A stretch of DNA of 64,000 nt from Bryobacterales bacterium UBA690. GTDB lineage: Bacteria > Acidobacteriota > Terriglobia > Bryobacterales > Bryobacteraceae. The stretch is taken from NCBI GenBank assembly GCA_002298225.1, contig DBMU01000036.1, positions 60,027-124,026 of the forward strand, in the 5' to 3' direction. Below are positions 9,416-18,381 of this stretch, in pieces. Below the pieces are notes generated by a model that worked only from the letters and a program-made list of their open reading frames with translations, was not told where the DNA came from and did no database searches. Position 1 is the stretch's first letter, and each line of letters starts with the position of its first letter. The position numbers and the translations under genes were made by a program.

Positions 9416-11215
9416 ATGCGCTCATACATCGCTTATATCAAGTCAACGCTGCGCCTCACCCTTCGCGACCGCATGGTCCTGTTCTTCAACTACCTCTTCC
9501 CGCTGATCTTCTTCCTCACCTTCGCCGAGGGCTTCGGTGGAAAGACCAGCTCCGGCTCGCTCGCCCAGGTAATCAGCATGGTGCTGATGTTCGGCGTCCT
9601 GGGAACTGGCTTCTTCGGCGGCGGTATCCGCGCGACGCTGGAACGCGAAACAAATATCCTGCGCCGGTTCAAGGTCGCTCCTATCACGCCCGCACCAATC
9701 CTCGTCGCCTCCATCGTCACCGGTTGGGCCGTGTTTCTACCCTCCGTGTTCTTCTTTCTGATCCTCGCCAAGGTCCGCTACGGGATGGAGATGCCGGCCA
9801 ATCTGGGCTCGCTTCTGATCATTGTCAGTGCCGGAGTGTTCGCGTTCCGCAGCGTGGGCCTCATCATTGCCGCGGTCGCCAACAGCATGGCCGAGAGCCA
9901 GATCATCATTCAGCTTCTCTACCTGCCGATGCTCATGCTCTCCGGCGCCACTGTGCCGCTCAGCATCATGCCGGAGTGGCTCCAGTCCGTCTCGCAATTT
10001 CTCCCCTCCACCAACCTCTATCTCGGCACGCAGGGGATCCTCGTGCGCGGCGAGACCATCTTCGATAATCTGGGCGCTCTCGCCTCGCTCCTTCTCACTC
10101 TGGGCGTCTCTCTCTTCATCGCCATCAAGCTGTTCCGCTGGGAGAAGGAGGAGAAGCTCAAGCCCGCCGCCAAACTCTGGGTCGTGGCCGTGCTGGCGCC
10201 CTTCATCTTCACTGGCGCCTGGCAGGCCCACACCAAGTCCAACCTGCGCAAGACGCAGATGCTCACCCGCGAGATGAAACGCGCGCAGACCTGGCTCATC
10301 CACGACGCCCGCATCTTCGTCGGCGACGGCCGCGTCATCGACTCCGCGGCTATCCTCATCCGCAACGGCCGCATCGAGCAGATCTTCCAGGGATCGTGGC
10401 CGAAGCCCGACGAACTGAAGGCAGAAGCAGTCCAGGCTTCCGGCCGGACCGTGATGCCCGCTCTCATCGACTCAGGTGTCAACCTGATGCTGCCAGGCAC
10501 CGGCGCCCCCGCCTCCGACTACGGCAAACTCACAAAACAGATGGAGCGCGAGCTCGCCTCATACGTCTACTGTGGTGTGGGCGCCGTGCGGACAGTACCC
10601 GACCCGATGGGCATCGCGCCCACACTCCAACGCCGCGTGGAATCTGGCGAGATCCCGGGCGCGGAGGTATTCATCTCCAACCCTGATTCTGTCGCCCCGT
10701 CCCTCGTCGCTTCGCAGGTCGCCGCGGGAGACCTCGGGATCCTGAAGGACACGCTCCTGCAGCAGATCCTGCCGGCGTCCGAGAAAGCGCAGCTCCTGAA
10801 CCTCGCTTCGAAGATCACCCCCAACCCCGGGCCCTATCAGCAGGCTGTCAATTCGCTGAAGGCGCTAGCTGGTGCCGATGTCGCCGTCGCTCCACTCACC
10901 CGATCCGGTGCGCTCTTCCTGCCGCATGGCCCCGCCATCCACCGGGAACTGAAACTGTGGGTCGAAGCCGGCATACCCGCCAAAGAAGCCCTCCGCGCCG
11001 CAACCTTTGTCGCGGCTCAGAAGCTCGGCGCCGCCAATCGCCTGGGCCTCATCCAACCCGGCTATGAAGCCACTCTGATTATCGTGGAGGGCAATCCCCT
11101 CGACGACATCTCCGCCACCGGCCGTATCAACCTCGTGCTGTCCAAAGGCGAACGTGTCTTCCGCCAGGACATTCTCGAAAGGGCCCTCGAAAAAGACAGG
11201 GAGGAAAAGAAATGA
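9416..11215 (+). CDS. ABC-2 family permease fused to a C-terminal amidohydrolase-like domain lacking the canonical HxH metal-binding motif
   Basis: Six TM helices in the first 270 aa (ABC-2 permease). C-terminal 330 aa show the amidohydrolase N-terminal (LIHDARIFVGDGRVIDSAAILIRNGRIEQI ... VMPALIDSGVNL) and C-terminal (GLIQPGYEATLIIVEGNPLDDISATGRINLVLSKGERVF) signatures, but D-x-H-x-H is replaced by DSGVNL. Confidence 0.65.
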   Translation: MRSYIAYIKSTLRLTLRDRMVLFFNYLFPLIFFLTFAEGFGGKTSSGSLAQVISMVLMFGVLGTGFFGGGIRATLERETNILRRFKVAPITPAPILVASIVTGWAVFLPSVFFFLILAKVRYGMEMPANLGSLLIIVSAGVFAFRSVGLIIAAVANSMAESQIIIQLLYLPMLMLSGATVPLSIMPEWLQSVSQFLPSTNLYLGTQGILVRGETIFDNLGALASLLLTLGVSLFIAIKLFRWEKEEKLKPAAKLWVVAVLAPFIFTGAWQAHTKSNLRKTQMLTREMKRAQTWLIHDARIFVGDGRVIDSAAILIRNGRIEQIFQGSWPKPDELKAEAVQASGRTVMPALIDSGVNLMLPGTGAPASDYGKLTKQMERELASYVYCGVGAVRTVPDPMGIAPTLQRRVESGEIPGAEVFISNPDSVAPSLVASQVAAGDLGILKDTLLQQILPASEKAQLLNLASKITPNPGPYQQAVNSLKALAGADVAVAPLTRSGALFLPHGPAIHRELKLWVEAGIPAKEALRAATFVAAQKLGAANRLGLIQPGYEATLIIVEGNPLDDISATGRINLVLSKGERVFRQDILERALEKDREEKK

Positions 11216-13857
11216 CGCTGCTGCTCGCCGCTGCCCTGCTCATGGCGCCCGCGGACTGGAAGCCCGTCCGCGCCACTGCCTCCGCCGACACGCGCCTGAC
11301 TCGCGACGGCAAAGCGAGTCTCCGCATCGAGCCGGGCGCCGCACCATCCGATGCCCTCGTTCGCGGCCGCGGTGTGCAACTCACTCCCGGCAAGCGATAC
11401 CGCCTGGAGGGCTGGCTGCGCACCGAAGACCTGCGCATCTCCGACGGTGACCGGACCACTGTCCCCACCGCCGTGTCCTTATCCATGGCGTCCATGCCAT
11501 GGGACGTTCACACGGAGTCCGTTGCCGGTACGCGAGCCTGGAGAAAGGTCTCTCTCGATTTCACCGCCACCCGGACCACCGACGCTCCCGAAGTACGCAT
11601 CGCGCCCGGCGCGGCGTTCAGCGGCAAGGCCTGGGTCGAAGGCGTCGCCGTCGAAGAGATCAATACCCCTGCGGCGTGGCCGTCTCGCATCGCCGTCAAG
11701 TCATTCGGTCCGGCCTATCGCTACCCGAAGGGCGGCTGGATCTACCTTCACGTGGAAGGCAAGCCGTACGAGCGCGGCTTCCAGCACGGCTACCTCATGG
11801 CCCGCGAGATTGAGGGCTACATCGATCGCTGTGCCGCGGAGATCAACCCGAAGGACCGGACGCAGGGCTGGCAGCAGGGCCGCACCATCGCCGACGCCGT
11901 CTTCCTCCGCGGCTTCGATGAGGAGATCCTCTCCGAGATGAAAGGCATCGCCGAAGGAGCAGCCGCCGCTGGAGCAAGATACAACGGCCGCAAGGTCGAA
12001 CTCGCCGATATCGTCTTCGCCAATACGATCACTGAGATCGGCCTGCTCAACCCCGCCGCCCGAATCACGCCCACCGGCCTCGAGGGTCTCGGCCTCACGC
12101 CACCGTCGTACTTCGATCCGAAGAAGAGTGTCTCCGCCACCGATCGTTGTTCCGCCTTCGCCGCCACCGGCAAAGCCACGCGCGACGGCAAAATGGTCAT
12201 CGGCCACACCACATTCTGGCCCCTGACTCTTGCGGAGCAGACCAACGTCATGCTCGACATCAAGCCCGAGAAGGGCCACCGCGTGCTCATGCAAGCGTAT
12301 CCCGGCGGCATCCAAAGCGGCACGGACTGGTATCAGAACGATGCCGGCGTTATCCTCACCGAGACCACCATCCGCCAGTCGCCGTTCGACATCAATGGAA
12401 CACCGGTCGCCTATCGCGCCCGCCGCGCTATTCAGTATGGCGATAACGTCGACGGAGTCGTGCAGTACCTAAAGGAGCGCAACAACGGTCTCTACACCAA
12501 CGAATGGCTGATCGGCGACGCCAAGAACGACGAGATCGCGATGTTCGAGCTTGGCACGAAACGCACGAAGCTCTGGCGCAGTTCCAGGAACGAGTGGTTC
12601 GGCGGCGCCGAAGGATTCTACTGGGGCTGCAACAACTCCAAGGACCTCAACGTGCGCCTGGAGTACGTTCCCGACCCGCAGGGCCGCCCCACACACCTGC
12701 CTTACACGCCCTCCGACCGCGACCTCAAATGGCAGGAGATGTACCGCACCTACAAGGGCACAATCGACGAGGGCTTCGGATTCCTCGCCTTCCGCACCGC
12801 GCCGCTCGTTTCAGCCTCTGCCTTCGACGCCAAGGTGACGACTTCAGAGATGGCCCCGAAGATGATGGTCTGGGCCGTGCTCGGAAAACCCAACGAGCGC
12901 GAGTGGGTCCCCTCCCAGTGGCAGAAAGAGCAGTACCCGAACAATGAGGGCATCCATTCCTCCGGCTACCGCCTCTTCCAGGCGGAGTCCGCTGCTCCCG
13001 CTTCAGCCGAGCCTGAGGCTGTGAAGAAAGAAGCGTCCAAGCCTGTTTTGAAAAAGGTGCCTGAAGATCAGCTCTGGAAAGGCTGGGTCCTGCCCGCCGC
13101 CGAGGCCGACGAATGGATCACGCTCGGTTCCGCGGCCTGGCATCGAATCCTCTCCGCCGACAATCCCGACGAGAGCCTGAAGATCAATATCATGCGGGCG
13201 CGGGAATCCGAGACCGCTGCGCGTGAGGCGCGCGCCATCCTCCAGTTCGACGCCATCCGCAGCCAAATGGGCGATGAGTCTTTCCTCAAAATGATGCGGG
13301 ACTTCTACGCGAAGTACACGACCAGGACCGTTCGCACGGCGGACTTCCCTGCCCCGCCACCGCAGGTCCAGTTGCCCGATGCTCCCCCGCTCTTCCTGGC
13401 GCTCATGTCCCGCCTCTCGAATACCGTTGTTGTCTACGGCACCGCAATGGAAGCAGGCGCCAACCGCCATGCCGCCGAACTGCTCCAATCCAGCTTCAAC
13501 GGATGGTTTGAAACGCGCATCCCTGTCCTGCGCGACTTCGAACTGACGCCGGAACTGGCCCGCACGAAGTCCATCGTCTTCATCGGGCGGCCGGAAACCA
13601 ACTCGGCATTGAGTGAATTCTCTGCGCAACTTCCTGCGCGGTTCGACGCCGCCACTTTCACCATAGACGGCAGGACGTTCGCCCATGAGCGCGACGGCGT
13701 CTCCTGCGCCGCGGCGAACCCCGGCAACCCCGCGGAAATGATCCTGGTGTTGGCCGGAAATTCCGCCGTCGAAACCGTCCGCCTCGCCGCCTTCCAACCC
13801 GCGCCCCGCGTCTGGCAGGTGACTCGCGCGGGCAGGATGGTCTCCTACGGCTTCTGA
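11212..13857 (+). CDS. Secreted multidomain protein: N-terminal CBM-like beta-sandwich + C45/AAT-type Ntn-hydrolase (acyltransferase/peptidase) domain + C-terminal region of unknown function
   Basis: Signal peptide MTLLLAAALLMAPA. GKPYERGFQHGYLMA followed by the putative autoproteolytic nucleophile in DRCSAFAATGKATRDGKMVIGHTTFWP (C45/phospholipase-B-like Ntn pattern). ATGA overlap with the upstream permease gene. Confidence 0.5.
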   Translation: MTLLLAAALLMAPADWKPVRATASADTRLTRDGKASLRIEPGAAPSDALVRGRGVQLTPGKRYRLEGWLRTEDLRISDGDRTTVPTAVSLSMASMPWDVHTESVAGTRAWRKVSLDFTATRTTDAPEVRIAPGAAFSGKAWVEGVAVEEINTPAAWPSRIAVKSFGPAYRYPKGGWIYLHVEGKPYERGFQHGYLMAREIEGYIDRCAAEINPKDRTQGWQQGRTIADAVFLRGFDEEILSEMKGIAEGAAAAGARYNGRKVELADIVFANTITEIGLLNPAARITPTGLEGLGLTPPSYFDPKKSVSATDRCSAFAATGKATRDGKMVIGHTTFWPLTLAEQTNVMLDIKPEKGHRVLMQAYPGGIQSGTDWYQNDAGVILTETTIRQSPFDINGTPVAYRARRAIQYGDNVDGVVQYLKERNNGLYTNEWLIGDAKNDEIAMFELGTKRTKLWRSSRNEWFGGAEGFYWGCNNSKDLNVRLEYVPDPQGRPTHLPYTPSDRDLKWQEMYRTYKGTIDEGFGFLAFRTAPLVSASAFDAKVTTSEMAPKMMVWAVLGKPNEREWVPSQWQKEQYPNNEGIHSSGYRLFQAESAAPASAEPEAVKKEASKPVLKKVPEDQLWKGWVLPAAEADEWITLGSAAWHRILSADNPDESLKINIMRARESETAAREARAILQFDAIRSQMGDESFLKMMRDFYAKYTTRTVRTADFPAPPPQVQLPDAPPLFLALMSRLSNTVVVYGTAMEAGANRHAAELLQSSFNGWFETRIPVLRDFELTPELARTKSIVFIGRPETNSALSEFSAQLPARFDAATFTIDGRTFAHERDGVSCAAANPGNPAEMILVLAGNSAVETVRLAAFQPAPRVWQVTRAGRMVSYGF

Positions 13858-14225
13858 TTGCCCGACAACTTCGACTCCAACGGCAGGCTGACGAATGATT
13901 TCGTCGGCAAACTCGTTCGGAAGCGCTCTTTTGCGCATTAACATTAGTACATCAATAGCGAAGTCAATTTATTTTTCCTTTGCAATCAATCTGCTATGAG
14001 GATTTAGCCTAAAAACCGCGCGCCGGTCCATAGCCTATTTTGCGGGGGCGGATTCATCCGCCTCCTGGTGAAACTATGGACAGCTTGCCCATCATCATCA
14101 TTCCGACTGTGATCTTCTGAGCGCAATCTCAGGAGTAGCCAATGCATATCGTGCGGACCACAGCGCACGTTTAACAAAAATACGCGAATAATTCGCTCCA
14201 GATGAGGCGAACATCTGGTACACTG

Positions 14226-14258
14226 CCTAGGAGTACTAATAGAACTAGTACTTCTAGG
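14226..14258. promoter_or_regulatory. Imperfect 13-bp inverted repeat (CCTAGGAGTACTA-N7-TAGTACTTCTAGG) ending 8 bp before the CHAT gene start
   Basis: One mismatch in 13 bp. The inner AGTACTA/TAGTACT 7-mer is perfect. Lies at the 3' end of a roughly 400-bp AT-rich intergenic region and overlaps the RBS position. Confidence 0.4.
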
Positions 14259-14265
14259 CCATCCC

Positions 14266-16782
14266 ATGCCCAACAAGCGCCACCGATCAAGCTCAGGCGC
14301 GTTACGCACACGCGCCGCCGCTTTGTTGTTTTTCGGCGTCCTACCTCTGCCGACGCCCGCCGCCTCGACCGCCTGCAACGTGGATGCCCTCAAGTCCCAG
14401 GGGCTGAAGCAGGCTGCTGATTACGACTTCGCACAGGCAAGAACCACTTTTCAACTCGCCGCCGATTGTGCAGTTCGCGCAGGCCGGAATGACCTCGTTC
14501 ATCGCATCTGGAACGCTGCCGGAGCGGCAAATCTGTACCAACTGCGATACTCCGAAGCTCTCGACTATTTCCTTCGCGCGCGCGACGGAGCCTGCAAGCT
14601 CAACGATCAAGAACTGCGCGCGGTCTACGCATCGAACATTTCCTCTATCTACACAATGCTCGGCGCAGGAGAAGCGGCCCGGTCAGCTCTGGACGAAGCT
14701 GTTGCAGCGCTCCCCAGTAGGAGCAAGTACCTTCCTCAGTTGATGGCCCAGCGAGTCCGGCTGGCCTTCCGCCGGGGCGATCTGGAGGCAGCGCTGGCGC
14801 TTTGGCCCGGCGCGATGCAGGCCGCCCAGGGAGATTGGCAGTCTGAACGTCACCTCTGGGACGAGCTCGCCCTGATCTGCCAATCGCGCAGTGACCTCGC
14901 CTGTGCGGAGCGCGCTCTGGATAATGAGTTTCGAATCGTCACTCTCCACCGCTTGCCCTTCCGCGACTACGTCTTCATGCGATTGGGACGCTTGCGCCTT
15001 GCGCAGAGGCGCCCGCAGGAGGCCCTCGTTTGGTTTCACCGGGCCCGGACGCAGCGCCGGCTTGCGCCCAGTCCCATCGTGCCCTGGATGAGTGATCAGG
15101 ACGTGGCCTCCGCCTTGATGGAGTGCCGGCGTCCCGAAGAGGCGATCTCCGCCTATCGCGCTGCATGGAAGACGGCAGTCGCCTGGCGCCAGGATGTCCT
15201 ACCCTCGCAGACTGCTGAAGTCGCTGCCGACGTCTCCCTTGCCAATCTCGCCAGAAACTACGCATCCCTCGCGATGAGGCTGCCGGCGGACCGGCCCGCA
15301 ACCACCCTCCAGCGCGAGGCGTGGGCCGCCGTCGAATTGGAGCGTGCCTCCGGCCTGCGCCGCATCGCCGCCGCGCGCCAGTCCAATCGCGAGCGGCTCG
15401 GGAGCGAGTATGCTCAGACGCTCGCTACATGGCGCAAGGCTCTCGCCGCCTCCCTCAGCGCTTCAGCTCCAATCCGCCGGCCTGACATTGAGGCGCTCTC
15501 CGCGAAGCTCACTGACCTCGAGTCGCGCGCCGGCGTCGGACCCGGCCCGGCTGTACCCACGGCATCGCCGGAGAGCCTCTTGCAGCTCATCCAGAGGAAT
15601 CTTCGCTCTGATCAGGTCCTCTTCACGTTCTTCCTGGACGACACCCGCTCGTGGCGCTGGACCATAACGCGCGAAGGTTTTTCGACAGCCCCGCTGCCCG
15701 GCCGCGGCGAAGTTGTTCCTCTGCTCGCCAGCTTCCGCCAGGCGGTCATGGAAAACAGGCACGAAGCCTCGAATCTCGGCGCGAATCTGGCTGGCAAGCT
15801 CTTCGGCGGCTTGCCTTCAGACGCCCGCAGCCGGAACCGCTGGCTCATCTCCGCCGGCGACGAGATCCTGCTCGCCCCGTTGGCCGCGCTGCCCTCGACT
15901 CCTTCAGCCGGAGCACCCTTCCTGGCCGAGACCCACGAACTCCGCCTTGTTCCGTCCGCACTCTGGCTCGCTCACTCACCCCCGCGTCCTCAGCCGGCTT
16001 CCTTGCTCGCAATCGGTGACGCAATCCACAACTCAGCCGATCCGCGCGCACCTCGTTGGACCCGCCGGCAGCCTGACGACACGTTACTCTCATCGTTCCC
16101 TTCCTGGATTCGACCGGTCCAGGCCGCTTCGAAGCCGTTTGAATTGCCCGCACTGCCCGGCAGCCGCGCCGAGATCGGCATGGTTGTGTCCCTGTTTTTG
16201 CAGGCTCAACTGAAGGCTGCCTCCCTGACGGGAAACAACGCGGTCGAACAGAACGTCGAGGCCGCGCTGCGGCATCCAGCTTCTGTCATCCACTTCGCCA
16301 CACACGTCGTGCAGGTTCCCCGCGAGATGCCGTCATTCCTCCTCAGCCAGCACTATCAGCCCGGTGCCGGGGCGGGCTTCACCGCCATACTGCATCCCGA
16401 TGAGGCCTTCCTGGCTCTCTCGTTGCGCGACGACGGCACTCGCGACGGCATCAGCTCGGATCTCGTCTCCGCCTTCCATGTCCCGGGCAGTCTGGTGGTC
16501 TTGAGCGGGTGCAATTCCGGACTCGGCGCAATTCAGCCCGGTGCAGGATTGATGGGCTTCACACGTGCGTGGCTCGCGGCGGGGGCGCGCTCCGTTGTGG
16601 CCAGCCTCTGGCCCGTTCCCGACGACGGCGGCGTTCTCTTCTCGAGGTTTTACACTGCACATCTCGGCGGCCGGCCCTCCGCTTCCGCGCTGCGCGATGC
16701 CCAGATCGCGATGATCCGCCAGGGGTCCTGGGCCTCGCAGCCTCGCTATTGGGCCGCTTACTTCACGGTGGGCTCGGAGTAA
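14266..16782 (+). CDS. CHAT domain (caspase-like) protein with N-terminal TPR-like repeats and signal peptide
   Basis: C-terminal CHAT His/Cys dyad (HFATHVVQ ... LVVLSGCNSGLG). TPR-like helical repeats in the N-terminal half. Signal-like N-terminus. Confidence 0.75.
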   Translation: MPNKRHRSSSGALRTRAAALLFFGVLPLPTPAASTACNVDALKSQGLKQAADYDFAQARTTFQLAADCAVRAGRNDLVHRIWNAAGAANLYQLRYSEALDYFLRARDGACKLNDQELRAVYASNISSIYTMLGAGEAARSALDEAVAALPSRSKYLPQLMAQRVRLAFRRGDLEAALALWPGAMQAAQGDWQSERHLWDELALICQSRSDLACAERALDNEFRIVTLHRLPFRDYVFMRLGRLRLAQRRPQEALVWFHRARTQRRLAPSPIVPWMSDQDVASALMECRRPEEAISAYRAAWKTAVAWRQDVLPSQTAEVAADVSLANLARNYASLAMRLPADRPATTLQREAWAAVELERASGLRRIAAARQSNRERLGSEYAQTLATWRKALAASLSASAPIRRPDIEALSAKLTDLESRAGVGPGPAVPTASPESLLQLIQRNLRSDQVLFTFFLDDTRSWRWTITREGFSTAPLPGRGEVVPLLASFRQAVMENRHEASNLGANLAGKLFGGLPSDARSRNRWLISAGDEILLAPLAALPSTPSAGAPFLAETHELRLVPSALWLAHSPPRPQPASLLAIGDAIHNSADPRAPRWTRRQPDDTLLSSFPSWIRPVQAASKPFELPALPGSRAEIGMVVSLFLQAQLKAASLTGNNAVEQNVEAALRHPASVIHFATHVVQVPREMPSFLLSQHYQPGAGAGFTAILHPDEAFLALSLRDDGTRDGISSDLVSAFHVPGSLVVLSGCNSGLGAIQPGAGLMGFTRAWLAAGARSVVASLWPVPDDGGVLFSRFYTAHLGGRPSASALRDAQIAMIRQGSWASQPRYWAAYFTVGSE

Positions 16783-16787
16783 ACCAG

Positions 16788-17480
16788 ATGAGTTCGCACC
16801 CCGACGGACCCATTGATTCTTCTCCGTTCTTCGCTCTCCCCTCCGGCCCGGCGGACAATGCCGCGCCGGACCTGACTCCGGAACGCTGGACCGGTCTCGT
16901 CGAGCGCATTCGAAATCGCGATAATGAGGCCGTCGAAGAGCTCTACGAGGTCTTCGCCCGCGGCATCCGTTACTATCTCTGCCGCCATCTTGGACCACAG
17001 GAACTCGATGACAAGGTTCATGACACCTTCCTCATCGTGATTCAGGCCATCCGGAACGGCAGCCTTCGCGAACCCGAAAGACTCATGGGCTTCGTACGCA
17101 CCGTCGTTCGCCGGCAGGTTGCCGCCTTCATCGATGAGACGGTCCAAACCCGCCGTGACTTCACCAACCTCGAACTCGGCAGCCACGTCCCCGACCACCG
17201 GAACAACCCGGAGGAGAATGCCATCCGCGAGCAGCGCAACAATCTCATGTTGAAAGCCCTCAACGGCATCTCCAGGCGCGACCGTGAGATCCTCACCCGC
17301 TTCTACCTCTATGAGCAGACTCAGGAGCAGATCTGCCAGGAAATGAAGCTCACGGAAACACAGTTCCGTCTGCTCAAGTCCCGCGCGAAGACCCGCTTCG
17401 GCGAACTCGGCCGCCGCCGCCTCGCCAGGAACCCGCTGCTCGACTTTATCCGGCGCAAACTCTCCAGCAACAACGATTAG
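16788..17480 (+). CDS. RNA polymerase sigma-70 family factor (ECF-like, extended N-terminus)
   Basis: Region 2 (DTFLIVIQAIRNGSLREPERLMGFVRTVVRRQV) and region 4 HTH (ILTRFYLYEQTQEQICQEMKLTETQFRLLKSRAKTRF). 5 bp downstream of the CHAT gene. Confidence 0.7.
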   Translation: MSSHPDGPIDSSPFFALPSGPADNAAPDLTPERWTGLVERIRNRDNEAVEELYEVFARGIRYYLCRHLGPQELDDKVHDTFLIVIQAIRNGSLREPERLMGFVRTVVRRQVAAFIDETVQTRRDFTNLELGSHVPDHRNNPEENAIREQRNNLMLKALNGISRRDREILTRFYLYEQTQEQICQEMKLTETQFRLLKSRAKTRFGELGRRRLARNPLLDFIRRKLSSNND

Positions 17481-17676
17481 CCCTCCCTTCCACGCTTTGC
17501 GCCGCCCGTGGGCCGCCGAGCTGGGCCCCACCCTGTGGAAAACTCTGTGAGTTTCCTGGGCATACTCTGTGAACTTGATGAATCCAGGCAGGTTGCGCTT
17601 CGATTGATTTCCACAATTTGAAAATGCCGGAGCTCTGGGCATTCCGTTGACTTTGGTTTACATTGAGTTAAGGGCG

Positions 17677-18336
17677 ATGAATCTCCCGAACGCGCTCACA
17701 CTGTTGCGAATCTTCTTTGTGCCGCTCCTGGTGGCTGCCTTAGTCCAGGAGGACGCTACCTATTCGCTGGGCGGACTTGTTCTCAGCAACGAGATCGTGG
17801 CGCTGCTCATTTTCCTCTCGGCCGCGTTCACCGATCTGCTGGACGGCTACCTCGCCCGCCGCTGGAACCAGATCACCACAGTCGGTATGCTCCTCGACCC
17901 GGTGGCCGACAAGCTCCTGATCTCCGCCGCGCTGGTCGCGCTCGTCCAGGTTCACCGCGTCCCCGGCTGGATGGCCGTGCTCATTATCGGACGTGAATTC
18001 GCAGTGAGCGGACTGCGCAGCATCGCCGCCAGCGAGGGCTACACGATCCAGGCCAGTGAGCTGGGCAAGACGAAGATGGTGACGCAGGTGCTGGCCATTG
18101 CGCTGATCCTCGCGTCCGACAGCCAATCCTGGCTGGCCCCGTGGGCGCGCTTTGCCCTCTGGGGCACCATGCTGTTCGGCCTGGTCTCGGCGGCCGACTA
18201 CGTGCGCAAGTTCTGGCACAAGATCGACGAGAGCATCAAAGAGCGCCGCCGCATGGAGCTGATCCGCCTGGAGCGCGAGCGCCAGCGTGAAGTACTGAAA
18301 GCCGCGGCCGCCTCCCGCGGCGAACACTCGCGCTAG
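17677..18336 (+). CDS. pgsA: CDP-diacylglycerol--glycerol-3-phosphate 3-phosphatidyltransferase (CDP-alcohol phosphatidyltransferase)
   Basis: Motif DLLDGYLARRWNQITTVGMLLDPVADK matches D-x2-DG-x2-AR-x8-G-x3-D-x3-D. Charged coiled C-terminal extension. Confidence 0.8.
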   Translation: MNLPNALTLLRIFFVPLLVAALVQEDATYSLGGLVLSNEIVALLIFLSAAFTDLLDGYLARRWNQITTVGMLLDPVADKLLISAALVALVQVHRVPGWMAVLIIGREFAVSGLRSIAASEGYTIQASELGKTKMVTQVLAIALILASDSQSWLAPWARFALWGTMLFGLVSAADYVRKFWHKIDESIKERRRMELIRLERERQREVLKAAAASRGEHSR

Positions 18337-18381
18337 CCTGCAACCCAATCCATGATACGGTGGCTGGGCAGGAATTCTCTT

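Noticed and set aside
14004-14420. Small ORFs (129 aa minus, 72 aa plus) inside the AT-rich region upstream of the CHAT gene
   Set aside because: Low GC3 and atypical codon usage relative to neighbouring genes. The region is better explained as promoter/regulatory DNA.
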